61,374 bases of DNA from a virus (lineage: Duplodnaviria; Caudoviricetes): IMG/VR virus record IMGVR_UViG_3300037484_000565, positions 1 to 61,374 of that record, one strand, 5' to 3'. Shown here in pieces: positions 1-10,193 of the stretch. The translations under genes were made by a program, and so were the position numbers. The notes under the pieces were generated by a model. The model was not told where the DNA came from, made no database searches, and was given only the letters and a program-made list of their open reading frames with translations. Position 1 is the stretch's first letter; each line of letters starts with the position of its first letter.

Positions 1-233
1 CTTGACATCGCCACTACCGATTGCCTGAGCCAACCGCATGAGTGCGGCTCTGACGATCTTCAGATTGCGCGTAGAAAGATCGACCTGGTCGGCGAGGTGC
101 TTATCCGCGAGCTGACGGGCGACCTCAGCGCGCCGCTCTTCAATCCGGCGCATCCAGCCGAACGATCGGCCCCAGAGTTTGATCGTGTCGAGATCGAGGC
201 CAGCCTCTTGAGCTAGGAGACTATAGGTGCGGC
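1..233. repeat. Direct repeat with window end (1-233 vs 61142-61374)
   Basis: 107-233 is identical to 61248-61374 (127 nt); 1-106 aligns without gaps to 61142-61247 but with many substitutions. Confidence 0.95.
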
Positions 234-306
234 CATCTCCCAGGGCGTAGAATCGCTCGAAGGCTTCGACGTGATGCGGAAGTTCAGTCTTGAGGATATC
301 TGGCAT
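1..306 (-). CDS. Second terminase small subunit-like HTH protein, N-terminal part (runs off window)
   Basis: Manual translation from ATG at 306: MPDILKTELPHHVEAFERFYALGDGRTYSLLAQEAGLDLDTIKLWGRSFGWMRRIEERR...; resembles phage TerS-type HTH; continues into 60977-61374 via the overlap. Confidence 0.7.
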   Translation of the reverse strand, partial: MPDILKTELPHHVEAFERFYALGDGRTYSLLAQEAGLDLDTIKLWGRSFGWMRRIEERRAEVARQLADKHLADQVDLSTRNLKIVRAALMRLAQAIGSGDVK

Positions 307-322
307 TGCTCGCGATCACCGC

Positions 323-1588
323 CTATCCCCTCACGAGCTCAGCCTTTTGGCCTGTTCGGCGCTCCCAGCGTTCGATCGCGACATCGCAGAATTTCGGCTC
401 CAGTTCCATAGCAAAACATCGGCGGCCCAATTTCTCGGCGGCGATGATCTGGCTCCCCGAACCACTGAACGATTCAAGACAGACATCGCCGCGTTTGGTG
501 TGCTTGAGCAGCGGCAGTTCGAACAGCCGGACCGGTTTCTGCGTTGGATGAACTGAATCTACACAACGGGCCTTGCCCTCCCAGTCTACCTCCCACACGT
601 TGCTGTATTCTCCCTCGATAGTAATAACCAGCGGCTTATGACCTTCCTGCCATCCGACGAGGCAGGGTTCATAGCGCCAGTTCCACAGTGAGAAGCCCAA
701 GACAAACGTTGGTTTGATCCAGACGACGGTTTGATGATAGCGGATGCCAGTGCTTTCCCAGGCCCTGCGAAATGACTCAGCGGTGGCTGAGGCATGCCAG
801 GTGTACCAGGCCGCGTTGTTTTGCAGATATCGTTTGGCATTGACGAAAGCATCGGTCAGGAATTTTTCGAACTCCTCATGCCCAGAGAAATGGTCCCAAT
901 ACTCATGCGACCAGTCCTTGTTTTGGTCACCGGCGTGTCGGCCGCTTTGTTTGTCTCGGGCGTTCTGCGGATGGCTGGTCCCGTCGTAGCCGACGCCATA
1001 GGGTGGATCGGTGATGTAAATGGCCGCCCGTTGGCCGTCCATGAGCCGGTCTAAGGCAACCGGATCACGACAGTCTCCGCATAGCAGACGATGGTCACCG
1101 AGCAGCCAGAGATCGCCCAGCTGGGTGATTGGCTGGTCGGGCGGAGGCGGCACTTCATCCGCCTGGTCGTCACCGTCATCGTCAATGCCCCAATCGAGAA
1201 TGCGGGTCAGTTCCTTGTCATCGAAGCCCAGGGTCGAGAGATCGAAATCCACATCGAGATTCAGTTCGGCCACGATCTTGGCCAGCAACTCCTGATCCCA
1301 TTCTGCGATGCTTGCCGTCTGGTTGTCTGCAATGGCATACCCGGTGAACTTGGTGCCGATCAGGCCCGGCACGCGGATCACCGGCACCTCGGTCAGCCCG
1401 AGCTTCCGAGCCGCCTTCAACCGCGTGTGACCCGCAGCGATGTTCATGTCCGCGTCGCAGATGATCGGATTGTTAAAGCCGTACGCTTGGATCGACCGGG
1501 CTACAGCATCGACCGCTGCATCGTTCTGGCGGGGATTGGATGGATTTGTCTTGAGAGCAGAGGTCGGGATCTGTTCAACGGTCAGCAT
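323..1588 (-). CDS. ParB/Srx-like N-terminal domain fused to N6/N4 DNA methyltransferase
   Basis: NPRQN...AGHTRLKAARKLG ParB-like domain; TDPPY catalytic motif; HPTQKP; SFSGSGS SAM-binding motif. Confidence 0.92.
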   Translation of the reverse strand: MLTVEQIPTSALKTNPSNPRQNDAAVDAVARSIQAYGFNNPIICDADMNIAAGHTRLKAARKLGLTEVPVIRVPGLIGTKFTGYAIADNQTASIAEWDQELLAKIVAELNLDVDFDLSTLGFDDKELTRILDWGIDDDGDDQADEVPPPPDQPITQLGDLWLLGDHRLLCGDCRDPVALDRLMDGQRAAIYITDPPYGVGYDGTSHPQNARDKQSGRHAGDQNKDWSHEYWDHFSGHEEFEKFLTDAFVNAKRYLQNNAAWYTWHASATAESFRRAWESTGIRYHQTVVWIKPTFVLGFSLWNWRYEPCLVGWQEGHKPLVITIEGEYSNVWEVDWEGKARCVDSVHPTQKPVRLFELPLLKHTKRGDVCLESFSGSGSQIIAAEKLGRRCFAMELEPKFCDVAIERWERRTGQKAELVRG

Positions 1589-1698
1589 GACCGAAGAACC
1601 TTTGACGACAGCCGAGATAATATCACTTTCTCTCGTATCTCCTTGAGGGGGGGGGCATATAAGAGCACTCCTCTAAATGTTGATCGACTCGAAACGCC

Positions 1699-3267
1699 TC
1701 ACAACTCCTGCAGCGCTCGCGCGAAATCATCCTCGTTGTATCCCAGCGCTGTCAGTTTGTCGCAGAGCACTCCGAGATCCATCATTGTCGGGAAACCGTC
1801 CTGGTCGACGTCCTCGCCTGGCTGGGCAGGTCCGCCCATGTAAAGGCGCCGCGTGAGTTTCTTGAAGTCCTCCATGTCGATTACTCCGCTGCCGTCGACG
1901 TCGCCGATCAGTTGATCGAACCCCATGGTCACGTCGGCGTACGTGTCGAGCGGTCCGCCCTTGGCAGTCACTTCGATCACGATCTTCGTCCGGCTGCCGT
2001 CAGGCCAATCAGACGATGGCACGGTCAGCGGTCCGAATTTTCGATGCCAGACACTCTGGCTATTGACGACTTCGACGAATGGCCAGAAGTCTCCCGGGTC
2101 GACGCTGCCCAAGTTCTTCTCGAGTTCATACAGGCCGTCCGGTTGAATCATGGCGACCTGCGCCATGCGCGACGGATCGCGGCCCGGGTACCACTCGGAA
2201 TCGTTTCCTGTCATGTGGAGATTAACGCGATCGATCTTGACGCCACCGTACGGCACCTGGTCATCCTGTCCGAGCTTGGGACGGAATTCCACCAAGTAAT
2301 GCAGATCGGGATCTCCGGCCGCTGCCGGGAGCATGTATATCTCATTCGGAATGATGTGATGCGACGTGGGTGAACCGGTCACGAGAACCGGCGTCACGAA
2401 TCCCATCTGCACGCGCGAATGCGCACAGAAGCCGCAAGGACGATTCCCAAGCGTGCCGTTCCAACTGCCCGACGCCATCACGCACGCCTTGTCCTCACCT
2501 CGGCTGCTGCCATCCGTGTCATAGTGATCGGCGACGCCGAACGCATGGCCAATCTCGTGGCAGTGCACACCGATCGTCATGTCGCCAGGATTGCGCCAGT
2601 ACTCCGGCGCCGTGTAGTAGTCACTCACCGTCACGTTGCCGGTCACGAGCATGGGCGGCACGCCCCACTTGTGCGACCAGATATCGTTCGGATTGCCGGT
2701 CAGCTCGGCGCCGCTGCCGGCATGGATGATCCCGAGACCATCGACCAGGCCGTCACCGTTGTTGTCGTACTGGCGGAAGTCGATGCCGGCGGCCACGGCC
2801 TTCAGCACGGCATCGCGCGTCATTCCCTGGGCGTTGCGGGGATAGGAGCCGAAGCCGTAGTTCGCATTCACGTAGTAGGCGTAGGTCTGATCAAGGGTGA
2901 CAGGCACGATGTCACCAACCAGGCGCAGGGCATCCAGCGATTGTCCCAGGTAGTAATCGGCAACGGATTGCCGCGGGCCGTCGATGTCGAAGATCAACTC
3001 CTCGAATGTTGATAGGGCGGTCGCGATCTTCTTGTCCTTGAAGCTTACCGCGAGAATGAGGAACTGGAAATCACGCGGACCGGCAGGACTCCCGGCCGCA
3101 AGCGCCGGTCTCCGCAGATGCCCCTTCATGTCGAACTTGGACGGGGCATTCAATCCCGCTGTCTGGAGGATCCCACCGCGAGCCATCTTCGCCACTTTCC
3201 GCGCAAGCCCTTCCGAAAAGGGCGCATCGTCGTGCGGCGGCATCATGCAGAACTCTCGTCTCTCCAT
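1699..3267 (-). CDS. M6 family (immune inhibitor A-like) metalloprotease with C-terminal dockerin/EF-hand-like repeat
   Basis: YDNNGDGLVDGLGIIHAG, IWSHKW, HEIGHAFGVADHYD zinc motif, MASGSWNG; C-terminal GDVDGSGVIDMED...DVDQDGFPTMMDL. Confidence 0.9.
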   Translation of the reverse strand: MERREFCMMPPHDDAPFSEGLARKVAKMARGGILQTAGLNAPSKFDMKGHLRRPALAAGSPAGPRDFQFLILAVSFKDKKIATALSTFEELIFDIDGPRQSVADYYLGQSLDALRLVGDIVPVTLDQTYAYYVNANYGFGSYPRNAQGMTRDAVLKAVAAGIDFRQYDNNGDGLVDGLGIIHAGSGAELTGNPNDIWSHKWGVPPMLVTGNVTVSDYYTAPEYWRNPGDMTIGVHCHEIGHAFGVADHYDTDGSSRGEDKACVMASGSWNGTLGNRPCGFCAHSRVQMGFVTPVLVTGSPTSHHIIPNEIYMLPAAAGDPDLHYLVEFRPKLGQDDQVPYGGVKIDRVNLHMTGNDSEWYPGRDPSRMAQVAMIQPDGLYELEKNLGSVDPGDFWPFVEVVNSQSVWHRKFGPLTVPSSDWPDGSRTKIVIEVTAKGGPLDTYADVTMGFDQLIGDVDGSGVIDMEDFKKLTRRLYMGGPAQPGEDVDQDGFPTMMDLGVLCDKLTALGYNEDDFARALQEL

Positions 3268-3307
3268 CGCCTATCCTCTCTTGTGCGGCTGCCAATCGCG
3301 GCCGGAA

Positions 3308-3934
3308 TCATTCCTCTTCGGTACCAATGAACCAAGCCCTCACCCCGTCGACAATCCCTAGCGCGGCGCGATCAAGGAATTGCCCGTCCGATAAAAGCGC
3401 GCGATCCTCCGCGCTGGTGATGAATCCCAGTTCGACGAGCGCGGCCGGGGACTTCGTGTGTTTCAGCACGTACAACGAGTGATCGAGGAAGGATTCGTCA
3501 TTGAGGATGCCGTCCTCCTCATCAGCGAGCACTCCCGCGTTGTACTGCGGCATTTGCGGCGCCTGCTCCTGGATCATGGCGAAGATCGATCTACTCAGGG
3601 ATTTCCCGAGCGTCGAGGCTTCGCTGTGGAAAACCGACACGCCGCGGGCGATCGCTCCGGTCGGACCAGCGTTGATGTGCAGGGAGACGAAAGCGGCCGC
3701 GCCGTTGTGGGCAGCGACCGCCTGGCGTTCGATCGTCACGCGCCGCTTCAGAGAGATAAACTTGTCGCTCGTTCGCGTGAGTACGGTCGCCATGCCGTTC
3801 CTGTCTGCCCATTGATTGACCAGGCCTGCAAGGCGGAGCACCAGGTCCTTCTCGCGCATGCGGCCATCGACTGCACCCGGATCCGCACCGCCGTGGCCCG
3901 GATCGATGATGAGGAGTTGTTTCATGTCGGGCAT
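3308..3934 (-). CDS. N-acetylmuramoyl-L-alanine amidase (Amidase_3), endolysin
   Basis: IDPGHGGADPGA, EKD, FVSLHINA, LVELGFIT motifs. Confidence 0.93.
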   Translation of the reverse strand: MPDMKQLLIIDPGHGGADPGAVDGRMREKDLVLRLAGLVNQWADRNGMATVLTRTSDKFISLKRRVTIERQAVAAHNGAAAFVSLHINAGPTGAIARGVSVFHSEASTLGKSLSRSIFAMIQEQAPQMPQYNAGVLADEEDGILNDESFLDHSLYVLKHTKSPAALVELGFITSAEDRALLSDGQFLDRAALGIVDGVRAWFIGTEEE

Positions 3935-3940
3935 TTGGTC

Positions 3941-4123
3941 TTATCCTTCCCAGTTGGTGGTCGCCGGCAAGACAACCTCTTTTGTGCCGCTGGTGACGGC
4001 TTCGCACTTCGGGCATTTGGGCATCGCTTTGATTCGTTTCGCGCTGAATTGCGCCCACTGCGTCCCGCAGAGTCCACAGACGAACAGTTTCCAATACAAG
4101 GTCATGTCCTCGAATTGAGCCAT
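3941..4123 (-). CDS. Small zinc-ribbon protein
   Basis: Start at MAQFEDM; CGLC...CPKC; fills the gap between neighbours. Confidence 0.6.
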   Translation of the reverse strand: MAQFEDMTLYWKLFVCGLCGTQWAQFSAKRIKAMPKCPKCEAVTSGTKEVVLPATTNWEG

Positions 4124-4127
4124 GGAA

Positions 4128-4883
4128 TTACCCCGCAATGATGATGCTGCCCCCGCGCAATTCCTCTGGCACAAACGGCTTGAGCAATTCCACCGCGATC
4201 TGCGTGATTCGCACATCTCCTTCAGCGGCTGGGATTGCTGGCGGGGCATCCCCCGCCGTTCCCGCACCGAACCAATCGACCTCCGCGTCACCAACATAGC
4301 GCGTGTAGATGCCGCACCATCCGGCCGCACTGACCGAGCTGTCGGTTGTCTCGATATTCCAAGTGGCTGGCTCGGTCTCGGCATCGCTCCAAATCCGCAC
4401 CTTGATCGCCGTCCCGGAGACCTGCAGTCTGAGCCAATACCAGCGATCCTGCACGATCGACGGCGCTACGATCGCGGATCCGATGCTCGTGTCTGTGCCA
4501 TTCACCAGCTTGTAGAGTTTGAGCGTGCTGCCACTCAGATCGACGGTGACGGTATAACCATCTTCGCCGGCGCTGTCTTCGTTTCCCCGCGCGATCAGCC
4601 CGCAACTGCGCTGCAAGGCGCCCAAGCTGAGCCAGCGAATGCGAACAGCCAGGTCCACGTTGGCATTGCTGCCGACGTCATCCCAGGACAGCGCACTGTT
4701 TCCGGACGAGATGTAATCGACTTGCAGGACTTGGTCGCCGAAGCTGCCGCCAGTAGTATCGGCTTCGACGTCGAAGTCCGCCTTCGCCGCGGAGATCGCA
4801 GCGTCGAAACGCGCGGTCCAGTCCGACGGCTGCGATCCGGCAACATAACCACTATCGGCGAAATCTGTTGAGAATTGCGTCAT
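4128..4883 (-). CDS. Tail-associated beta-sandwich/lectin-like protein
   Basis: Position after tail tip genes; WYWLRLQVSGTAIKVRIW beta-rich fold. Confidence 0.6.
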   Translation of the reverse strand: MTQFSTDFADSGYVAGSQPSDWTARFDAAISAAKADFDVEADTTGGSFGDQVLQVDYISSGNSALSWDDVGSNANVDLAVRIRWLSLGALQRSCGLIARGNEDSAGEDGYTVTVDLSGSTLKLYKLVNGTDTSIGSAIVAPSIVQDRWYWLRLQVSGTAIKVRIWSDAETEPATWNIETTDSSVSAAGWCGIYTRYVGDAEVDWFGAGTAGDAPPAIPAAEGDVRITQIAVELLKPFVPEELRGGSIIIAG

Positions 4884-4894
4884 CGTGAGCGTTC

Positions 4895-5935
4895 CTATGC
4901 CGTCAGTTCGAATCCGAACTCGGCTCCATTCACGTCGCTATCCGTCCATGCCTGCGACGGAGCGTCAGGTGGATTATTCCAGACCTCTTGCTTGATGGTG
5001 TAATTGATAAGCATGCCTGCCGAGGTCCCGGCGTAGTCGCTTGATCCCATCCTGATAATGGGGCGAATCGTTCGTGCGCCGGCATCATCCTTGCGAGCGC
5101 AGATGTTCACCGCCACGGCGTCCACCGCCGTGGTTCCGATGCTCGGCGCAGACTCACAGGCATATGTGTCCGTGTCGGTCGGCGTGCCTGACGAAACGTA
5201 GGTTGAGTCGTCATCGATCGCGGGTGCCTCATCAACCTCAGCATAATTGTCAACCCCGGATGAAGACGGGATCCAGTCCGAGTTCGCCCCGACGCCGTTC
5301 GGATAAATCGTGATGACGGCGCGATCGCCGCGGAAATCGTCATCTGCCAGGAAAAAGTCGTCGATCTCTTTCTCGCCGCCGTTAACGCTGTCGCCGTAAA
5401 GGCGAATCTCGTCAGCACCGGCGTCGGCCGTTGCCTGCGTATCCTCGCCCCCGGACGCGCTCTCGAGGACGGTGGTATTGTCGACGCGGACTTCATAGTT
5501 TCCGGAATTCCCGACCTCGATTTTGAATTCGAGATGTTGCCAGACATTTGGCCGGATGGCACCAACAGGCGACGTTCCCAAAACCGTGCCGTCATAACTG
5601 CCGCGTTTGACTGAGATACTCCCATCCTGATTGATCATGACCGTAGCCTGTTCTACCGAATTCCGCATCAAGCGGAAACCCCGGTGCTGACCGGCTGAGA
5701 TCCCGAAACTGACGCATCGGATGGCGAAGCCTTCGACAATTGTGTTCGAGGCCGACGGCAACCGCCAAGCCACTCCCGGCGGCGTACTGGCTGGCCCCAA
5801 ATTCAGATACTGCCCCGCATGACGTGGAGTTGAACTGGCAACGGTGGGTGCATAGAATATCTTATGCCACTTACCACCGATATCTGCGGTCTCGTAGTGA
5901 TCGCAGCCATCCATGAAGAGAACGCCCTCGCTCAT
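4895..5935 (-). CDS. Tail fibre/receptor-binding-associated protein (ConA-like)
   Basis: FMDGCDHY start, WQHLEFKI, IDDFFL; tail module context. Confidence 0.6.
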   Translation of the reverse strand: MSEGVLFMDGCDHYETADIGGKWHKIFYAPTVASSTPRHAGQYLNLGPASTPPGVAWRLPSASNTIVEGFAIRCVSFGISAGQHRGFRLMRNSVEQATVMINQDGSISVKRGSYDGTVLGTSPVGAIRPNVWQHLEFKIEVGNSGNYEVRVDNTTVLESASGGEDTQATADAGADEIRLYGDSVNGGEKEIDDFFLADDDFRGDRAVITIYPNGVGANSDWIPSSSGVDNYAEVDEAPAIDDDSTYVSSGTPTDTDTYACESAPSIGTTAVDAVAVNICARKDDAGARTIRPIIRMGSSDYAGTSAGMLINYTIKQEVWNNPPDAPSQAWTDSDVNGAEFGFELTA

Positions 5936-6735
5936 GCCATGCTTCCCTTCAAGGTGAAGAACAAATCGGCCAGCGTCGCATCCTGAGAAGCCGGAGCTTC
6001 GACCGTCAACCGCTCTCCGGCGGCGAGCTGTAACGCTCCGGATGACGTGGTGAATGTCGCGGTGTTTGCCCCCAGAGCGAACTGCATCGTCCCCACCTGG
6101 ACGCCGTTCACCTTGATGAGAAACGATTTCGTCGCGGCCGGAGCGGTGTCGACGTATCCCTGGGAGCCAGCGAAATCGTCAGCATAGTCGATTGCCCGGG
6201 CCGCGACGAATCGCAGGAGAACGTAGGACGCCGGCGGCTTCCCATTGTAGGAGCCACCGATGTCGTATTTGTTGTCAGCGAATTCGAGCGCGGTCGCCCC
6301 GGAATTGACGCGCACCAGCTTCAGGTCCTGCCCGGAATAGCTCGACGGCGCGTCGGCCAGATCGATGAATTCCCCGACGAGCAGTTCGGTCTCCTTGATC
6401 CATCCGGCGGAGGCGGATGCGTAGACGTATGCCTCGTCTTCGTCCTGGACCCACACCCGCCAGCCTTCTTCGGGAACATGGAACACCCAATATGAAGACG
6501 AGTAGTATGCGATGTGATCCGTCTCTCCGTCCCAATCATCCCCAGAGGACGGCGACGGCCCCACGATGTACGTGTCGCCGTCCGAGGGACTGCCCGGAGC
6601 ATCCGACAAGTCCTTGTCAATCACGGTGCATTGGCACAGCGCGTCGACAACTCGAAACGTCTCGTTTGCCGTCACTTCCTTCTGTGACTGACTGACGCTG
6701 ATTTCGGGCATGCTCAATTTTGGTGTACTGGCCAC
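5932..6735 (-). CDS. DUF2793-like tail fibre protein
   Basis: TPKLSMPEI..SQSQKEVTANE; PSDGDTYIVG; WVFHVPEEGW. Confidence 0.8.
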   Translation of the reverse strand: MASTPKLSMPEISVSQSQKEVTANETFRVVDALCQCTVIDKDLSDAPGSPSDGDTYIVGPSPSSGDDWDGETDHIAYYSSSYWVFHVPEEGWRVWVQDEDEAYVYASASAGWIKETELLVGEFIDLADAPSSYSGQDLKLVRVNSGATALEFADNKYDIGGSYNGKPPASYVLLRFVAARAIDYADDFAGSQGYVDTAPAATKSFLIKVNGVQVGTMQFALGANTATFTTSSGALQLAAGERLTVEAPASQDATLADLFFTLKGSMA

Positions 6736-6743
6736 ATGGCCTC

Positions 6744-9700
6744 CTAAACAGTTACCACTTCACTCGGCTCACCGCGACCGATGGTGGTGGACATCTGGTA
6801 AATGATCATGCTGATGGTCTTGCCCGTATTGCCGTCTTGCGCTTGTTGGGCGGCCGTGTAGGTCGCTGATTGCGACGTCACGGCAAGGTTCCGTACGAGA
6901 AAGCCGGATACCGATCCGGTCGGCGGATGCCACAGTTCGACTTCATACGCCTCCGTCGTTTCGCCCAGCGGAACATCATTGCTGTCGAACCATTCCCCAT
7001 TGTACCGGGTCCGCCGAATCCAGGTGATGTTAATGTCACCGGTGATTGGATCGCGCGTCGCCTTTACGTGCTGCGGCGAAAGCGTCCTGACGTTGTGCAC
7101 TTGTGGGGTGAGGGATTGATTGACGCCGGAAGAGAACTGCATCCCGGCGCTGACCGCGCGAAAGATGGCAGCATGACCGGCCTCCTCCACTCCGTAGGTC
7201 GCAAAGTGAATTGTGTCGGCGTCGAGCAAACCGAACGCTTCTCCCGCCAAGTGAGTGCCGGTCGCATAGTCGCTGCCCTTCCGGCCTCGTAGCAGTCCAG
7301 AGAGTTCGTACGTCCCGGTGCCGACCTCTGTCGCTGTGACAAACTGAATGATCTCTGCGCCCAGGACCGCGTGATTGGCCCCATTGAGAACCGCCGCCTC
7401 TGTGGACGATACCAGGCTGTCGTCGGCGTTTGAGAGTACGACGGTGACGGTATTGCCCCTATCCCAAACGAATGGGTCGGGCACGTCGGCGAGCGCCGTC
7501 GTGGTTTCGCCGACGACACCGTTCCTGCTGACCGTGACAAACTGATTCCACGTCGCGCCGCCATCGCGCGATTTGAAGATTGCCGCCCCATTCCATGAAT
7601 CCCGCGCGGCGGTCGCGATGATGTAAAGACCAGGCGAGTCCGTCGTGCTACTGAGCAAGGGAATGTCTGCGATCATGAAGTACGTGATGCTAGAATAGAC
7701 GACCGGTCCCTCGTGGCCCGGGATGACCACGCCACCAATGACCGAATTGTAGGCGCTCGAATCCTCATTGGCGGCTTCGATTGCCAGGACACCGCCGTTG
7801 TTGGTGATGCGCTCGATCCGGACAACGTGCTGATTGCCGCCCTCCTGGATCGTGACGACATCGGCCGCATCGAGGTAGCCGTATATGCGAGGAATCTGAA
7901 ACGAATGCCTGAGCCGCTGAGTCCAGGCGAGCACCAGGTGGTTCATTGCGATCTGCGCGGCGGTATTATCCGTAAGCGACAGCGGGAGTTCGAGCGTCGC
8001 CAGGTGTTCGGAGCTCGTCAAGAGTCTGCGCGCGCGCTGCGTTGCCTTGTCATAGTCGGCGGATTGAGCGACGTAGGTCACATCGACCTGCAGTGGGAGT
8101 TCGAGCTCCTGTTGCCGCGTGCTGATCAGCTCCTGCGGCCGTTCCTGGTCGGTGAGATGCGCGGCGAGATGCTCTTCGGGAATGGTGATGATCGATGATT
8201 TCCCGCGCTTGACAAACTTCAACTTCCCGTCGGATTCAACACCGTCGAAGAAGTACGCCGAGGCCAGGGATTCAATCGCACTGCGCGCGGAAATCCTCTG
8301 CCCCATGAAAAAGCCCGGCACGATATCTGTCAGCTCGCTTACGTCGATGTCCGACGGTCCGAGTCCGACCTGTCCGCACAGATCGGTCACGATAGAAGAC
8401 AGCAGGACGCCGTTTTCCGAAAATCGGTCCAGCAGGACCTTGGCATACGCGACGCCGGGGGCATTGACAACCTGCAATACCGCGTGCGTGAGAGGATGGT
8501 AAATGCCCCCCCCCTGAAACAGCATCACCGTCGGCGATTGATTGGCCTCCCAAGTTCGGTCTACCCGCCGATTCACTACATCGATTCTGCTGATGATCGC
8601 GCCAGGATACTCGCCGTTGTAGTACAGGTATCCGTTTTGCACGCCTTGCCTGAGATACGATTTATTCCAGGATGAACAGTGGAAGCCATCGGCACTGGTG
8701 AGGGTCTTGACATGGAGCAGCGACGCCGATTCGACGAAGGACGCGTCAAAAAATACGCACTGCGTTCCATCTGCGTTAACGAACAGAATCACCTGCTTGG
8801 TCATCGGGTCGTAGCAGATGGCCATCGACGAAGGTGACCCGACGCCCGTGTAGTGTTCGGCGCTCCACGATGTTATGGCGGCGCTCGTCGCTAAATCGTA
8901 AGCAATACCCCAGCCACCAACAACGGGTCTTATACGCGAGATGTAGCTCGACGTATCGTCAGCCGAGATGACCCAGCATTCCCCGGTCTCGTCATCCGTA
9001 GAGAGATGCCTGGCTTCGAGACCAGCGGGCTTGCCGACGACGTAGCGATATTCGGCTACGCCTTCTTGTCCCGGAATCGACGCCTGAGTGTTCCACTGCA
9101 GAGTGTCCCGCATTCGAACGTGGATTTCGCCCTTCCAGTCGATCAGGTACAGGTACGGGTGTAGCGCATTGGCAACCACCGCCATGTCGAAATAGGCGAG
9201 ATTCTCCAGCGGCGCTGGCGGAACAGGGTATGGGGTCCAGTAGGTGCCCGCCCCGGATTCTGCGACGATTGCCAAGGTCTTTGAACTCATCCTCACTACG
9301 CTTGTCTTCTGAATTGGCCCTATCACCCCGGCATTTCTCTCTGCATAGATAAACCCGCGTTCATCGACGTCGATCTTCGAATAATGCGGCAGGTCGGGAT
9401 TCCCGTATTGATCGAGGAATGTGGCAGATTGAACGATCTCTCCTGAGATCATGTCAACCCTGTACCAATAGCCATTTGACTCGATGATCGCATGCTCGCC
9501 GTCGGGGAGCATGAGCAGATCATCGACACCCCAGGCCGAGGAGGTTGCGGGTTCAACGGGAGACCAGGGCACCGTGTCGCTCTTGTCCTTAACCACTTCA
9601 AAAGTGAACTGCGGCATGCGATTGCCGAACGGCGTCACGGGGAACTGCGTGAAGATGGCATAAGCCAGGCCGCGGAATCCGGGCACGTTCCCAGCGCCCT

Positions 9701-10193
9701 CAAAGGATTCGATCAGGGCGTCGGGCAATTGCTCTTCTGTGCCGTAGTAAAGTCTCCACTGGAGACCCTCGATCGCGACGACTTCGTCATTGTCAGCATC
9801 CAGATTGAAGATCAGCTTCGTATCTGCCCAAATTCTCCGGACGGACGAAATCGGTCCCTGGCACAGTCCGATGGCGAAGTCGCCGAAATACTCGTACGTG
9901 GTCGTGCGGATTTCCTGAGTGAAGCAGCCCCCGCCATCCGTCTCCACAACCCCTTGCTCATGAATGGGTGCAGCCCAGATGCAATTGCCGGCAATGCGGA
10001 AGCTGCCGAATACTTGATTGATCGGAACACCGAAGGATGAATTCTGCGCGCGGATGCCTTCAATCGTCGGTTCCCCTGTTGTTTTCGGCCCCTTGAGTTT
10101 TACGTCGATCGCATTGCCAATTGCACTGCCGACCGCGAAGCCGAGCGGACCACCGATAACTCCGCCGATGACTCCTAAGACTACACGGGCCAC
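6744..10193 (-). CDS. Tail tip/host-specificity protein (GTA megatron-like)
   Basis: 1149 aa; PGFRGLAY..F..FGNRMPQFTFEV; ESDGKLKFVKRG; LSGLLRGRKGS. Confidence 0.88.
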   Translation of the reverse strand: MARVVLGVIGGVIGGPLGFAVGSAIGNAIDVKLKGPKTTGEPTIEGIRAQNSSFGVPINQVFGSFRIAGNCIWAAPIHEQGVVETDGGGCFTQEIRTTTYEYFGDFAIGLCQGPISSVRRIWADTKLIFNLDADNDEVVAIEGLQWRLYYGTEEQLPDALIESFEGAGNVPGFRGLAYAIFTQFPVTPFGNRMPQFTFEVVKDKSDTVPWSPVEPATSSAWGVDDLLMLPDGEHAIIESNGYWYRVDMISGEIVQSATFLDQYGNPDLPHYSKIDVDERGFIYAERNAGVIGPIQKTSVVRMSSKTLAIVAESGAGTYWTPYPVPPAPLENLAYFDMAVVANALHPYLYLIDWKGEIHVRMRDTLQWNTQASIPGQEGVAEYRYVVGKPAGLEARHLSTDDETGECWVISADDTSSYISRIRPVVGGWGIAYDLATSAAITSWSAEHYTGVGSPSSMAICYDPMTKQVILFVNADGTQCVFFDASFVESASLLHVKTLTSADGFHCSSWNKSYLRQGVQNGYLYYNGEYPGAIISRIDVVNRRVDRTWEANQSPTVMLFQGGGIYHPLTHAVLQVVNAPGVAYAKVLLDRFSENGVLLSSIVTDLCGQVGLGPSDIDVSELTDIVPGFFMGQRISARSAIESLASAYFFDGVESDGKLKFVKRGKSSIITIPEEHLAAHLTDQERPQELISTRQQELELPLQVDVTYVAQSADYDKATQRARRLLTSSEHLATLELPLSLTDNTAAQIAMNHLVLAWTQRLRHSFQIPRIYGYLDAADVVTIQEGGNQHVVRIERITNNGGVLAIEAANEDSSAYNSVIGGVVIPGHEGPVVYSSITYFMIADIPLLSSTTDSPGLYIIATAARDSWNGAAIFKSRDGGATWNQFVTVSRNGVVGETTTALADVPDPFVWDRGNTVTVVLSNADDSLVSSTEAAVLNGANHAVLGAEIIQFVTATEVGTGTYELSGLLRGRKGSDYATGTHLAGEAFGLLDADTIHFATYGVEEAGHAAIFRAVSAGMQFSSGVNQSLTPQVHNVRTLSPQHVKATRDPITGDINITWIRRTRYNGEWFDSNDVPLGETTEAYEVELWHPPTGSVSGFLVRNLAVTSQSATYTAAQQAQDGNTGKTISMIIYQMSTTIGRGEPSEVVTV

